This document shows, piece after piece, positions 55,301-63,774 of a DNA stretch of 64,000 nt. The first letter of the stretch is position 1. Every line of letters starts with the position of its first letter. Where the stretch lies: assembly GCA_963799055.1 (NCBI GenBank), contig CAWCVP010000015.1:181440-245439 (forward strand), written 5' to 3'. The position numbers and the translations under genes are program-made. A model generated the notes under the pieces. It saw only the letters and a program-made list of their open reading frames with translations, made no database searches and was not told the origin of the DNA. The stretch is from an uncultured Candidatus Rokubacteria bacterium (GTDB lineage: Bacteria; Methylomirabilota; Methylomirabilia; Rokubacteriales; DASRDR01).

Positions 55301-55334
55301 GCCGATTCTCGTGCTGGCACCCGGGACAGTGCAT
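52324..55334 (-). CDS. Zinc ribbon, four GAF domains and a histidine kinase (HisKA plus HATPase_c); frame broken at least twice
   Basis: Start [21 protein letters not shown]. Repeated linker ...ALLQ(T)FA(x)[13 protein letters not shown]....L.QQTATSE(I/L)L.VI..S between GAF units. H-box [16 protein letters not shown], then N and G boxes ([24 protein letters not shown]). The stop overlaps the next gene's ATG (ATGA). Confidence 0.8.
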
Positions 55335-55561
55335 ACCGAGCGTCCCCCGATTCCGGATCGTGAGCGGCCAGCCAGGCACAGCGTTACGGCACCCGGGTCG
55401 CCACCGGAGCTCGGCTTCCCGGCCGTTCCGTGGGGCACGGGCGCCCCGACCCTACCGCGAACCCAGCCCTCGGTGCCAGACCCCGGCGGGACCCGCGGGC
55501 GATCCCGTCGAGCGGTAGCTAGGCGACGACTACGCGAACGTCAGAAACGCGGGACGTGGCG

Positions 55562-55643
55562 GGGAGTGGCAGACGGTTGAGCTCGAAGCGCCAGGGGTCA
55601 CGGCAGCCATGTGCTCGGGTCTCGACTCCCTCCCCCGGCACCA
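55562..55643 (+). repeat. Degenerate tRNA-Leu-like sequence ending in an exact 22-nt copy (55622-55643) of the tRNA-Leu 3' end; putative attR
   Basis: TCGACTCCCTCCCCCGGCACCA equals 44528-44549. Upstream there is only patchy similarity (GTGGCAGACGG..GAGC D-arm-like), and the acceptor and anticodon stems do not pair properly. Confidence 0.7.
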
Positions 55644-55889
55644 ATCATCATCTCGGCCATGCGCAGTCAACGGCGGCGGCCGGCGGTACAACACAGCGCA
55701 CCTCGGCGGCGGATCGCGCTCGTACGGCACGCACTCGGAACGCTTCCCCGGCGGTTATCCGCGGACCGCCGCCGCACCTCTCAAGTGTGGATCAGTCTCC
55801 CGTGACCGGCTCCACCGGATCACGCGTGGCCGGCGGTCGTGACCTGCGCTATCCTGTGAGGCGTCCGCCAGCGAGCCGGAGGGGGGAAG

Positions 55890-56885
55890 ATGACGGCTTC
55901 ACGGCGCGCCCTCTCGATCACAGTGACACTCGCCTTCCTCGCGGCGCCGCTCGCCGCCGAGGGGCAGGCGCCAGCGAAACTCCCTCGGATCGGATTCCTC
56001 ACGGCTGTCCCCCTTTCCGTCATGTCGGCCCGCACCGAGGCATTCCGGCAGGGCCTGCGCGAGCTTGGGTACGTAGAGGGGAAAAGCATTGTCATTGAGT
56101 GGCGATCTGCGGAGGGAATGCCAGATCGCCTCCCCTCGCTGGCGGCCGAGCTCGTCCGTCTCAAGGTTGACGTCATCGTCACGGGGGGTCCGTCGGCCAC
56201 CCGTCCTGCCAAGGCCGCCACCGAGACGATTCCCATTGTCATCACGAATGATGGCGATCCGGTGGCGAACGGGTTCGTCGCCAGTCTGGCACGACCTGGC
56301 GGCAACATTACGGGCTTGTCCACTCTTTCCCCAGAGGTATACGGAAAGCAACTGGAGCTTCTCAGGGAGATCGTTCCGAGGTTGGCGCGCGTGGCGGTCC
56401 TCGGGACTTCGTCGGACCCAGGCAACGCTCAAGCCCTACGAGAGACGGAACGGGCCGCCCAGGCGCTCCGCGTGCAGCTTCAGTATCTGGACATACATGG
56501 TCCCACGGACCTTGAGACGGCATTCCGAGCCTCGAGCACGGGGCGTATGGACGCGGTACTCACACTTCCGAGCGCCATCCTCGCGTCCAATCGAAAACGG
56601 GTCGTCGATCTCGCGGCAAGGAGCCGGCTTCCAACGATGCACTTCTCCACCTCCCCAGGATTTGTGGCAGACGGGGGCCTGATGAGCTACGGGGCGAGCA
56701 CTATCGATCTGGACCGGCGCGCCGCGACGTTCGTGGACAAGATCCTGAAGGGCGCCAAGCCCGCGGACTTGCCCGTCGAGCAGCCGACGAAGTTCGAGTT
56801 CATCATCAATCTGAAGGCGGCGAAGCAGATCGGTCTGCCGATTCCCTCCTCGGTGCTAGCGCGGGCGGATCAGGTGCTCCAATGA
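55890..56885 (+). CDS. PF04392 (ABC_sub_bind) periplasmic substrate-binding protein, tandem copy 1
   Basis: Signal, RIGFL, FRQGLRELGYVEGKSIVIEWRSAEG, IPIV, ASLARPGGNITG, KILKGAKPADLPVEQPTKFEFIINLKAAKQIGL. Confidence 0.8.
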   Translation: MTASRRALSITVTLAFLAAPLAAEGQAPAKLPRIGFLTAVPLSVMSARTEAFRQGLRELGYVEGKSIVIEWRSAEGMPDRLPSLAAELVRLKVDVIVTGGPSATRPAKAATETIPIVITNDGDPVANGFVASLARPGGNITGLSTLSPEVYGKQLELLREIVPRLARVAVLGTSSDPGNAQALRETERAAQALRVQLQYLDIHGPTDLETAFRASSTGRMDAVLTLPSAILASNRKRVVDLAARSRLPTMHFSTSPGFVADGGLMSYGASTIDLDRRAATFVDKILKGAKPADLPVEQPTKFEFIINLKAAKQIGLPIPSSVLARADQVLQ

Positions 56886-57857
56886 TCGGCCGAAGGGGAC
56901 TCCTGCGCACGCTGGGGCTGGGCCTCCTCGCCGCACCGCTCGCCGTCGAGGCGCAGCTGACGGGGAAGTCCCTCGCATTGGCATCCTTCGCCCTGGCTCG
57001 CCTCCCGATCCCTTGATCGAGGCATTCCGGCAAGGGCTTCGCGAGCTGGGCTACGCCGAGGGGCGCGACATCACCATCGAGTACCGTTGGACGGAGGGCA
57101 GAGACGAGCGGCTTCCCGATCTCGCCGCCGACCTGGCCCGCCTCAACGTGGACATCATCGTCACGTCCGGCCTAGGAACCCAGGCGGCCAAGCGCGCCAC
57201 TTCCACGATCCCCATCGTCATGCAGGTCTCCATCGAACCCGTGGAGAAAGGCCTCGTCGCGAGCCTCGCTCGGCCAGGCGGAAACGTGACCGGGTTGACG
57301 ACGTCCACTGAGGATCTGCCCGGGAAATGGATGGAGCTCCTGAAGGACATCCTTCCCAGGGTCTCTCGCGTGGCTGTCCTCTTCGATCCCAGAGCAGCCC
57401 AGAGGCTCAATTGAAAGCTGCGGAAACGGCAGCGCGCTCTCTGGGTGTGCGCCTTCAAATGTTGAAGGTGGGACATTCGGACGAACTAGGCGCTGCATTT
57501 GCGGCGGCGCAAAAGAACAGTGCTGAAGGCCTCATCGTCTTTGGATCGGCATTCGTCTTTGCGCACCGAACACGCCTCGTCGAGCTGGCGGCAAGGCACC
57601 GGCTGCCCACAATCTACGACCAAAGGCAGTTCGTCGCGAGTTCCGGCGGTCTCATGTCCTATGGGCCAAACATCCATGACCTGTTCCGGCGGTCTGCCAC
57701 CTATGTGGACAAGATCCTGAAGGGCGCCAAGCCTGCCGACCTCCCGGTCGAGCAACCCACCAAGTTTGAGCTGATCGTCAACCTCAAGACCGCGAAGGCG
57801 CTGGGGCTCACGATCCCGACCTCGGTGCGGGCGCGGGCGGATCAGACGATTCGATGA
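56882..57857 (+). CDS. PF04392 substrate-binding protein, tandem copy 2, frame broken at least twice
   Basis: MIGRRGLLRTLGLGLLAAPLAVEAQ, then in other frames FRQGLRELGYAEGRDITIEYRWTEG...ASLARPGGNVTG and ...KILKGAKPADLPVEQPTKFELIVNLKTAKALGL. ATGA overlaps on both sides. Confidence 0.75.
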
Positions 57858-58840
57858 TCGACCGGCGGAGACTCCTGGGCACGCTGGGGCTGAGTCTCCT
57901 GGCCGCGCCGTTCCCGGCCCGGGCGCAGCCAGGGGCGAAGGTGCCCCAGATAGGGCTTCTCTGGTTCGGCCCTCGTTCGGCGGAATCGTCCAGCCTCGAG
58001 GCCTTCACGGCAGGCCTCCGGGAGCTCGGCTACGTGGAGGGCCAGAACGTGGTGCTGGAGTCGCGATTTGCGGAGGGGAGTCCGGAGCGACTCGTCGCGG
58101 CCGCCACCGAGCTCGCCCGCATCGGCGTCGATGTGATCGTGACCTACGGAGACGCTGGCGTGCGCGCGGCGAAACAAGCCACCGCCACGGTCCCCATTGT
58201 CGTCGCGCTGACCGGCGATCTCGTCGAGGCCGGCCATGCCGCAAGCCTCGCTCGGCCCGGAGGGAACGTGACCGGCCAGGTCGACACGTCCCCCGAGCTG
58301 AGCGCGAAGCGCGTGGAATTGTTGCGGGACGCTGTCCCCGCGATCTCTCGCGTCGCCGTGCTCTGGAACCCGTCGAACCGGGTCAAGGTTCTCGACTACA
58401 GGATGACGCAGGTGGGAGCCCAGACGCTGGGCGTGCCGCTTCAGTCCCTGGAGGTCCGGCACGTGGATGACATCGGCCCCGCGATCGCCTCCGCAGTCCG
58501 TGAACGGGCCGGCGCGCTCCTCGTGCTCTCGGATGCCCTCACCAACGCGCACCGCGTCCGCATCGTCGAGCTCGCCAACCGGAACCGGCTCCCCACGATG
58601 TACTTCAGTCGAGAGTGGGTGGATGCCGGAGGCCTCATGGCCTATGGACCCAGCTGGCGCAGCATGTACCGGCGCGCGGCGACCTACGTGGACAAGATCC
58701 TCCGGGGCGCGAAACCGGGTGACCTGCCCATCGAGCAGCCGACCACGTTTGAGCTGATCATCAACCTTAAGACTGCCAGAGCCCTCGGGCTCACGATCCC
58801 GCCGTCGGTGCTGGCGCGGGCGAACGAGGTGATCCGGTAG
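57854..58840 (+). CDS. PF04392 substrate-binding protein, tandem copy 3
   Basis: MIDRRRLLGTLGLSLLAAPFPARAQ, FTAGLRELGYVEGQNVVLESRFAEG, ASLARPGGNVTG, KILRGAKPGDLPIEQPTTFELIINLKTARALGL. Confidence 0.8.
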   Translation: MIDRRRLLGTLGLSLLAAPFPARAQPGAKVPQIGLLWFGPRSAESSSLEAFTAGLRELGYVEGQNVVLESRFAEGSPERLVAAATELARIGVDVIVTYGDAGVRAAKQATATVPIVVALTGDLVEAGHAASLARPGGNVTGQVDTSPELSAKRVELLRDAVPAISRVAVLWNPSNRVKVLDYRMTQVGAQTLGVPLQSLEVRHVDDIGPAIASAVRERAGALLVLSDALTNAHRVRIVELANRNRLPTMYFSREWVDAGGLMAYGPSWRSMYRRAATYVDKILRGAKPGDLPIEQPTTFELIINLKTARALGLTIPPSVLARANEVIR

Positions 58841-58904
58841 TCGGGTCGGGGCCGGACGAGGGGATCGGCGCCGACTGCACGCGATCCCACCAGCTCCCCC
58901 GGCG

Positions 58905-59633
58905 ATGGCTTCCGCGTCGCCGGGTGACGCCGGCGTGAGGAACCTCTTCCTCTTCGGGGTCCTCACGTGGATGACGGGCAATCCCATCGTCGCCCTGGTG
59001 GGGGTCCTGCTCGTCTCGGCGGCGGGCTACGGATACCTTTCAGGGCGCGTCTTCCGGATCCCTCGGGCCGTCAACCGGTGGCTCGCGATCCGGGAGCTCG
59101 ACCGCGCCGTCCGCACGAACCCTCATGACGCGACAGCTCAGGCGGACCTCGGGCGCCTTCTGGTCGAGGCGGGTCAGCCAGGACGCGCCGTGGCCCATCT
59201 GGAGGTCGCCTACGCCCGAGCGCCCGAGGTGGCCGAGACCGCCTACTATCTGGGTGCCGCCAGGCTGAGACTCGGCGACGAGGCCCGCGGCCGGTCGTTG
59301 ATCGAGCAAGCCCTCGCGCGCGATCCGAGGATCGGGTACGGCGAGCCCCACCTCCGCCTCGCCGACCACTATCTCCAGCGCGGGCAGTCGGCCGAGGCCC
59401 TCGTCCATCTCGAGCGGTTCACCGAGATGCATGCCTCGAGCGTGGAAGGGCGCTACAAGCTGGCTCGAGCCTATCTGGCGACCGGGCAGGCAACGCGCGC
59501 CCGCGCGGCCCTCGATGACGCGCGCCGGGCGTACAGAGGGGCGCCGCGCTTCAAGCGACGCGAGGAGCGGCTCTGGCGGCTCCGCGTCGCCTGGCTCGGC
59601 TGGACGCTCGGATCCACGCGGTCCGAGGGCTGA
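58905..59633 (+). CDS. TPR-repeat membrane protein
   Basis: Two N-terminal hydrophobic helices, then TPR-like repeats (AQADLGRLLVEAGQPGRAVAHLEVAY..., YYLGAARLRLGDEARG, YKLARAYLATGQ). Confidence 0.55.
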   Translation: MASASPGDAGVRNLFLFGVLTWMTGNPIVALVGVLLVSAAGYGYLSGRVFRIPRAVNRWLAIRELDRAVRTNPHDATAQADLGRLLVEAGQPGRAVAHLEVAYARAPEVAETAYYLGAARLRLGDEARGRSLIEQALARDPRIGYGEPHLRLADHYLQRGQSAEALVHLERFTEMHASSVEGRYKLARAYLATGQATRARAALDDARRAYRGAPRFKRREERLWRLRVAWLGWTLGSTRSEG

Positions 59634-59777
59634 CGGCCGACGTCGCCGCCCGGCTCCCCTCGGCAGGGCTTCTCAATTCTGAGTCACCACGCACATGGGC
59701 CCGCATTTCGTGGTCGAGTGGCTGTCGCGAAGTGGGACACTGAGGCCATCCGATGTAGACGACGAGGAGGCCATGGC

Positions 59778-60581
59778 ATGAGGCGAACGGGGATTCTTGT
59801 CGCGCTGGGGCTGACGCTGTCGCTCCTGGGCGCACTCGGGCCAGGGGTGGGCACGGCCGCGGCGTTCCACGAAGCCACGGTGCATCTGGAAGCGGGCGCG
59901 TGGTTCCCGACCCTGGACGGCGAGCTTCGCTCGTCCGACTCGGAGCTGACGGGGGACCTGATCTCCGCGAGCGACATCGGCATCGACGACCCCGACGTCG
60001 TGTTCCAGGGCGGGATCACGTTCCGACTCCTGCAGCGCCACACGATCCGGATCCACGGCTTCGGCGTCAGCCTCGACGGGGACACCAACCTCAACCGCTC
60101 GTTCAACTTCGACGGGCGCACGTACCCGGTCTCGACCGGTGTGACCTCGGAGGCCGACGCCGCCTTCTTCGGCGCGGACTACGGCTTCGACCTGGTGCAC
60201 ACGGAGGTGGTCGCCCTCGGCCTGACGCTGGGCGCCCGGTTCCTGTCGGCCGAGGCCTCGATCAAGGCACCGCTCCTCGGCCTGGAGGGTAAGGGAGAGC
60301 TGGAGTCGGCGCTGCCGGCCGTGGGGCTCAACTTCATCCTGCATCCGTTTCCGGTCGTGCCCCTGCTGAAGTCGCTGGCGCTGGTCGCCCGGCTGGCCGG
60401 TGGCACCATCGGCGATCAGGGAAGCTTCATCGACGTCGATGGGGGAGTGGAGTGGCTGCCGATCCCGGTCCTGGCCATCCGGATCGGCTACCGCTACTTC
60501 CACGGGCAAGGGGAGGACGGAGGCCAGGAGGCGGAGATCGACCTGAGCGGACCCTACGCGAGCCTGACGCTCGCCTTCTGA
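59778..60581 (+). CDS. Putative outer-membrane beta-barrel protein
   Basis: Signal peptide MRRTGILVALGLTLSLLGALG, alternating-polarity strands, and a C-terminal ...YASLTLAF ending in Phe. Confidence 0.45.
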   Translation: MRRTGILVALGLTLSLLGALGPGVGTAAAFHEATVHLEAGAWFPTLDGELRSSDSELTGDLISASDIGIDDPDVVFQGGITFRLLQRHTIRIHGFGVSLDGDTNLNRSFNFDGRTYPVSTGVTSEADAAFFGADYGFDLVHTEVVALGLTLGARFLSAEASIKAPLLGLEGKGELESALPAVGLNFILHPFPVVPLLKSLALVARLAGGTIGDQGSFIDVDGGVEWLPIPVLAIRIGYRYFHGQGEDGGQEAEIDLSGPYASLTLAF

Positions 60582-60620
60582 CCGGGGGACGTGGACCGGC
60601 GCTCGAGGGCGCCGGTCGGC

Positions 60621-61106
60621 TCAGGGGCCGCCGTCGCAGCGGCGGCAGACGCCGAAGAAGCGCAGCTCGTGGTCGGTGACGTGAAAGTGGTGCGACTGCT
60701 GGACGCGATGCCCCAGACGCGTCAGCACCTCGGGCTCGAGGAGGCACCCCTCCAGGTCCTCGATGTGACCGCACCGGCGGCAGATCAGATGGTGATGATG
60801 CGCCGTGAACGGCTCGGCCAGCTCGTAGCGGCGCTGCCCCTGGGTCGCGTCCGTCGCCCGGACCAGCCCCGTCTCGCAGAGCAGCTTCACCGTCCGGTAG
60901 ACGGAGACGAGGTTGACGCGCTCGCCTCCGAGGGCCCCGTGGAGCTGGGCCACCGTGCGCGGCTCCTGGGCCGTGGCGAGGGCCTCCAGCACCGCCCGGC
61001 GGGGCGCGGTGATGCGGTAGCCGCGACGCGCCAGGAGGCGGGGGATCGCGTCGCGCGGATCCTCGACGACTGCGGGTGGGGCGGGCGCCGCGGACTCGGC
61101 GGTCAC
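60621..61106 (-). CDS. Fur-family metalloregulator
   Basis: RITAPRRAVLEAL...VSVYRTVKLL...GLV, the HHHHLICRRCG ... CRRC structural zinc motif, and the HxH metal site. Confidence 0.85.
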   Translation of the reverse strand: MTAESAAPAPPAVVEDPRDAIPRLLARRGYRITAPRRAVLEALATAQEPRTVAQLHGALGGERVNLVSVYRTVKLLCETGLVRATDATQGQRRYELAEPFTAHHHHLICRRCGHIEDLEGCLLEPEVLTRLGHRVQQSHHFHVTDHELRFFGVCRRCDGGP

Positions 61107-61600
61107 TGCGTCACGCGCGGAGGCGGCTCGACACCCACGGCGCGGTACGTCTCGTCACCGTGCGGGACGAACGGCCCGCGCGACTGCCAGCCCTCGGTCG
61201 GCAGACCCTGCTGAACCCAGCCGGGGATGCCCTCGTCGAGAACCTTGAGATTCCGGTACCCCATTCCGTAGAGCTTGCCGTAGGCCAAACTGGCCAGGTG
61301 GTGTGGGCACGCTCAGTAGAGGACGACCAGACCCTGGCGCGGAATCTCACCGGCCCGCAGCTCGATGGTGTCGAGCGGAACCGAGACGGCGGACTTGATG
61401 TGGCGGGTCAGGAACTCCTGCCGGCTCCGGACGTCGACGATCGAGACCTTCGTGCCCTTCTTCAGCAGGGCGTTCAGCTCGGCTACCTTGATCACCTCGA
61501 ACTGGGGCTGCTGGGCGTTCGCCACGTGCGAGGCGCCGGGCAGCCACAGCGCCGCCAGGAGCGCCAGCATCGGCGCGAGGACGCGCGACCAGACCGTCAT
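61103..61600 (-). CDS. Exported single-domain rhodanese with in-frame TGA (61313-61315) at the catalytic Cys position; selenocysteine candidate or nonsense pseudogene
   Basis: RBS GGAGGGAG, signal MTVWSRVLAPMLALLAALWLPGASHVANA, and rhodanese motifs IVDVRSRQEFLTRHIKSAVSVP ... GLVVLY-TGA-ACPHHLASLAYGKLYGMGYRNLKVLDEGIPGWVQQGLP, all in one frame. The stop overlaps the Fur GTG. Confidence 0.7.
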
Positions 61601-61764
61601 GATCTCCCTCCTCGGGGTCCGTCGGTGATCGACACCATCCACAGGATACCGCATGGGAGGGCGCGCTCGCGTGGAGTCCGGCGTCACGGGGCGTGACGCA
61701 CGGCGCCATCGGCCCCGGCGACCGGGTGGACCGCGGACCGGGCGCGGCGCATCCTAGAGGCCCC

Positions 61765-63638
61765 ATGGTCGACTCCGGACACGGCGCCGCCCCGTCGGGA
61801 GAGCCCGAGAAGCCGGGCGCCGCGCGACTCCGGCCGTGGGAGCGTCTCAGCATCCGTCTGGCGGCGTTCTTCGCCGCCGTCACGCTCCTGGCGGTCGGCG
61901 CGGTCGGCATCCTCACCTATACGCGGCAGCAGCGTGAAGTCGAGGACACCGTCGGGACCCAGCTGCTCAACATCGCCCGCGTGAGCGCGCTCCGGCTCGA
62001 CCCGCGTCTCTCCGCCGAGCCGAGTCCCGCGACGGGGTCCGACGCGCACGCGCGGCTGCGGCAGTTCCTGGCGGCGATCCAGGACGAGACGCTCCTGACC
62101 TCCCCGATCACCATCCTGAGCGATCTCGAGGCCGAACGGCGGGAAGCGCGGCTCGTCGCCGCGAGCAGCGGCCCGGGCCAGCCGGGCGACGCGTACCCCC
62201 TCGCGCCCGAGCTGATCGAGCCCATGGGATGGACGTTCGACGACGGCGTGGCCCGGTACACGCGCGTTTACCGGCATCGGGGCGGCCTCTGGATCTCCGC
62301 CTTCGCCCCGATCCTCGACGGGCAGGGCCGCACGCAGGCGCTCCTGCACGTGAGCTACCCGGTCGAGATCTATCTCGATCGCCTGCACGAGCTCCGCAAC
62401 ACGCTCCTGTTCGCGACCGGCGTCGGCGCTCTCGCCACGCTTGGGCTGGGGCTCCTCGTCCTCCGCCGCCTGACCCGGCCCATCGCCCTGCTCACGGGAG
62501 GGGTGTCGCGCGTCGCCGCCGGCGATCTCTCCCGGCCCCTGCCGGTGACGTCCCGAGACGAGGTCGGCCGGCTCACTCGCGCGTTCAACACGATGCTCGA
62601 GGGGCTGCGCCAGCGTGACTTCATCCGCTCCGCGTTCGGACGGTACGTCTCCCCGGAGGTGGCGCAGGCCATCCTCGAGTCGCCCGAGGGGCTCCGCTTC
62701 GGGGGCACCAAGCGTGTGGTGACGGTGCTCATGTCCGATCTCCGCGGCTACACGCGGTTCGCCGAGCGGGGCAGTCCCGAGGAGGTGATGGAGGTCCTCA
62801 ACGGGTATCTGGCGCGGATGGCGGAGGTCGTCATCGCTCACGGCGGCACGATCAACGAGTTCATCGGAGACGCGATCTTCGCGGTGTACGGGGCTCCCGT
62901 TCCGCACCCGGACCACGCCGAGCGCGCGGCCGCCACCGCGCTCGCGATGCAGGCGGCGCTGGGCGAGATCAACGTGGAGCACGCCCGTCGAGGGTTGCCC
63001 GCCTTCGAGATGGGCATCGGCCTCCACACCGGGGAGGCGGTGGTCGGGAACATCGGCTCCGAGCAGCGGGCCAAGTACGCGGTGGTGGGCAGCGCCGTCA
63101 ACGTGGCGAGCCGCGTCGAGAGCGCGACGGTGGGCGGGCAGGTTCTCCTCACGGCGGCCACGCTCGCCGAGCTGGGGGGGCTGGCGCGAGTGGGCACGTC
63201 CATGGAGGTCCAGGTGAAGGGCCTCTCGAAGCCCCTCACGCTCCACGAGCTCCTGGGGCTCGGAGGACGCTTTGCCCAGGCGGGATCGGCGGAGGCGCCG
63301 GAGCCCGAGCCCCAGGCGGTGGTCGACCTCCCGCTCGAGTGCTGGCTCATCGACGGCAAGGTCGTGCGCGCCGACGCGGTGACCGGCCGCCTCGTCCGGC
63401 TGGGCCGCCGGGAAGTGCTCGCCGCGCTCGACCCGCCCCCGGCTCCGCTCACGAACGTCAAGCTCCGCCTCCAGTACCCCGCCGCCGCTCGACCGACCCT
63501 CCGAGGCGATCTACGCCAAGGTGCTGGGCCGCGAGCACCGATGGGCTCGTACGCATGCGTCTGACGGCCCTCGGCACAGGCGACGAGGAAGCGATCGCGA
63601 TGCTCGTCGGGTCACCCCAAGATTTCACACCTTCGTGA
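61765..63638 (+). CDS. Membrane-bound sensor: periplasmic domain, HAMP, class III adenylate/guanylate cyclase and an uncharacterised C-terminal domain; frame broken twice near 63490-63540
   Basis: TM helix, ~190 aa extracytoplasmic region, second TM, HAMP (LTRPIALLTGGVSRVAAGDLSRPLPVTSRDEVGRLTRAFNTM), and cyclase (VVTVLMSDLRGYTRF...INEFIGDAIFAVYGAP...GLHTGEAVVGNIGS..AKYAVVGSAVNVASR). Confidence 0.8.
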
Positions 63639-63774
63639 CACCTCGGCTGGGAGTCCGGGTCACACTCCTGGCGACCGCGGGACCAGGTCTCGGCGCCCCG
63701 GCAAGACCGTCTCGCGTACACGGCCGTACCGTAACCCTTACCGGTTGGCCTTCGGCCGACAGGAGGACGATCCG

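Noticed and set aside
55551-55643. A possible functional tRNA, considered as tRNA-Sec because of a TCA triplet and the nearby TGA-containing rhodanese
   Set aside because: - The acceptor strands mismatch at position 2 (GGCGGGG versus CCCCGGC).
- No 7-nt anticodon loop with a closed 5-bp stem can be drawn around TCA.
- The T stem is disrupted relative to tRNA-Leu.
- It is best explained as a degenerate tRNA-Leu-derived repeat.
61601-61764. Fur box in the rhodanese/cyclase intergenic region
   Set aside because: Only a short GGTG-N5-CACC inverted repeat is present. That is too weak to call a metalloregulator operator.
63300-63638. PilZ (c-di-GMP binding) call for the C-terminal ~110 residues of the cyclase
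   Set aside because: The RxxxR and D/NxSxxG PilZ motifs are not present, and the region needs two frame corrections. It is left as an uncharacterised domain.
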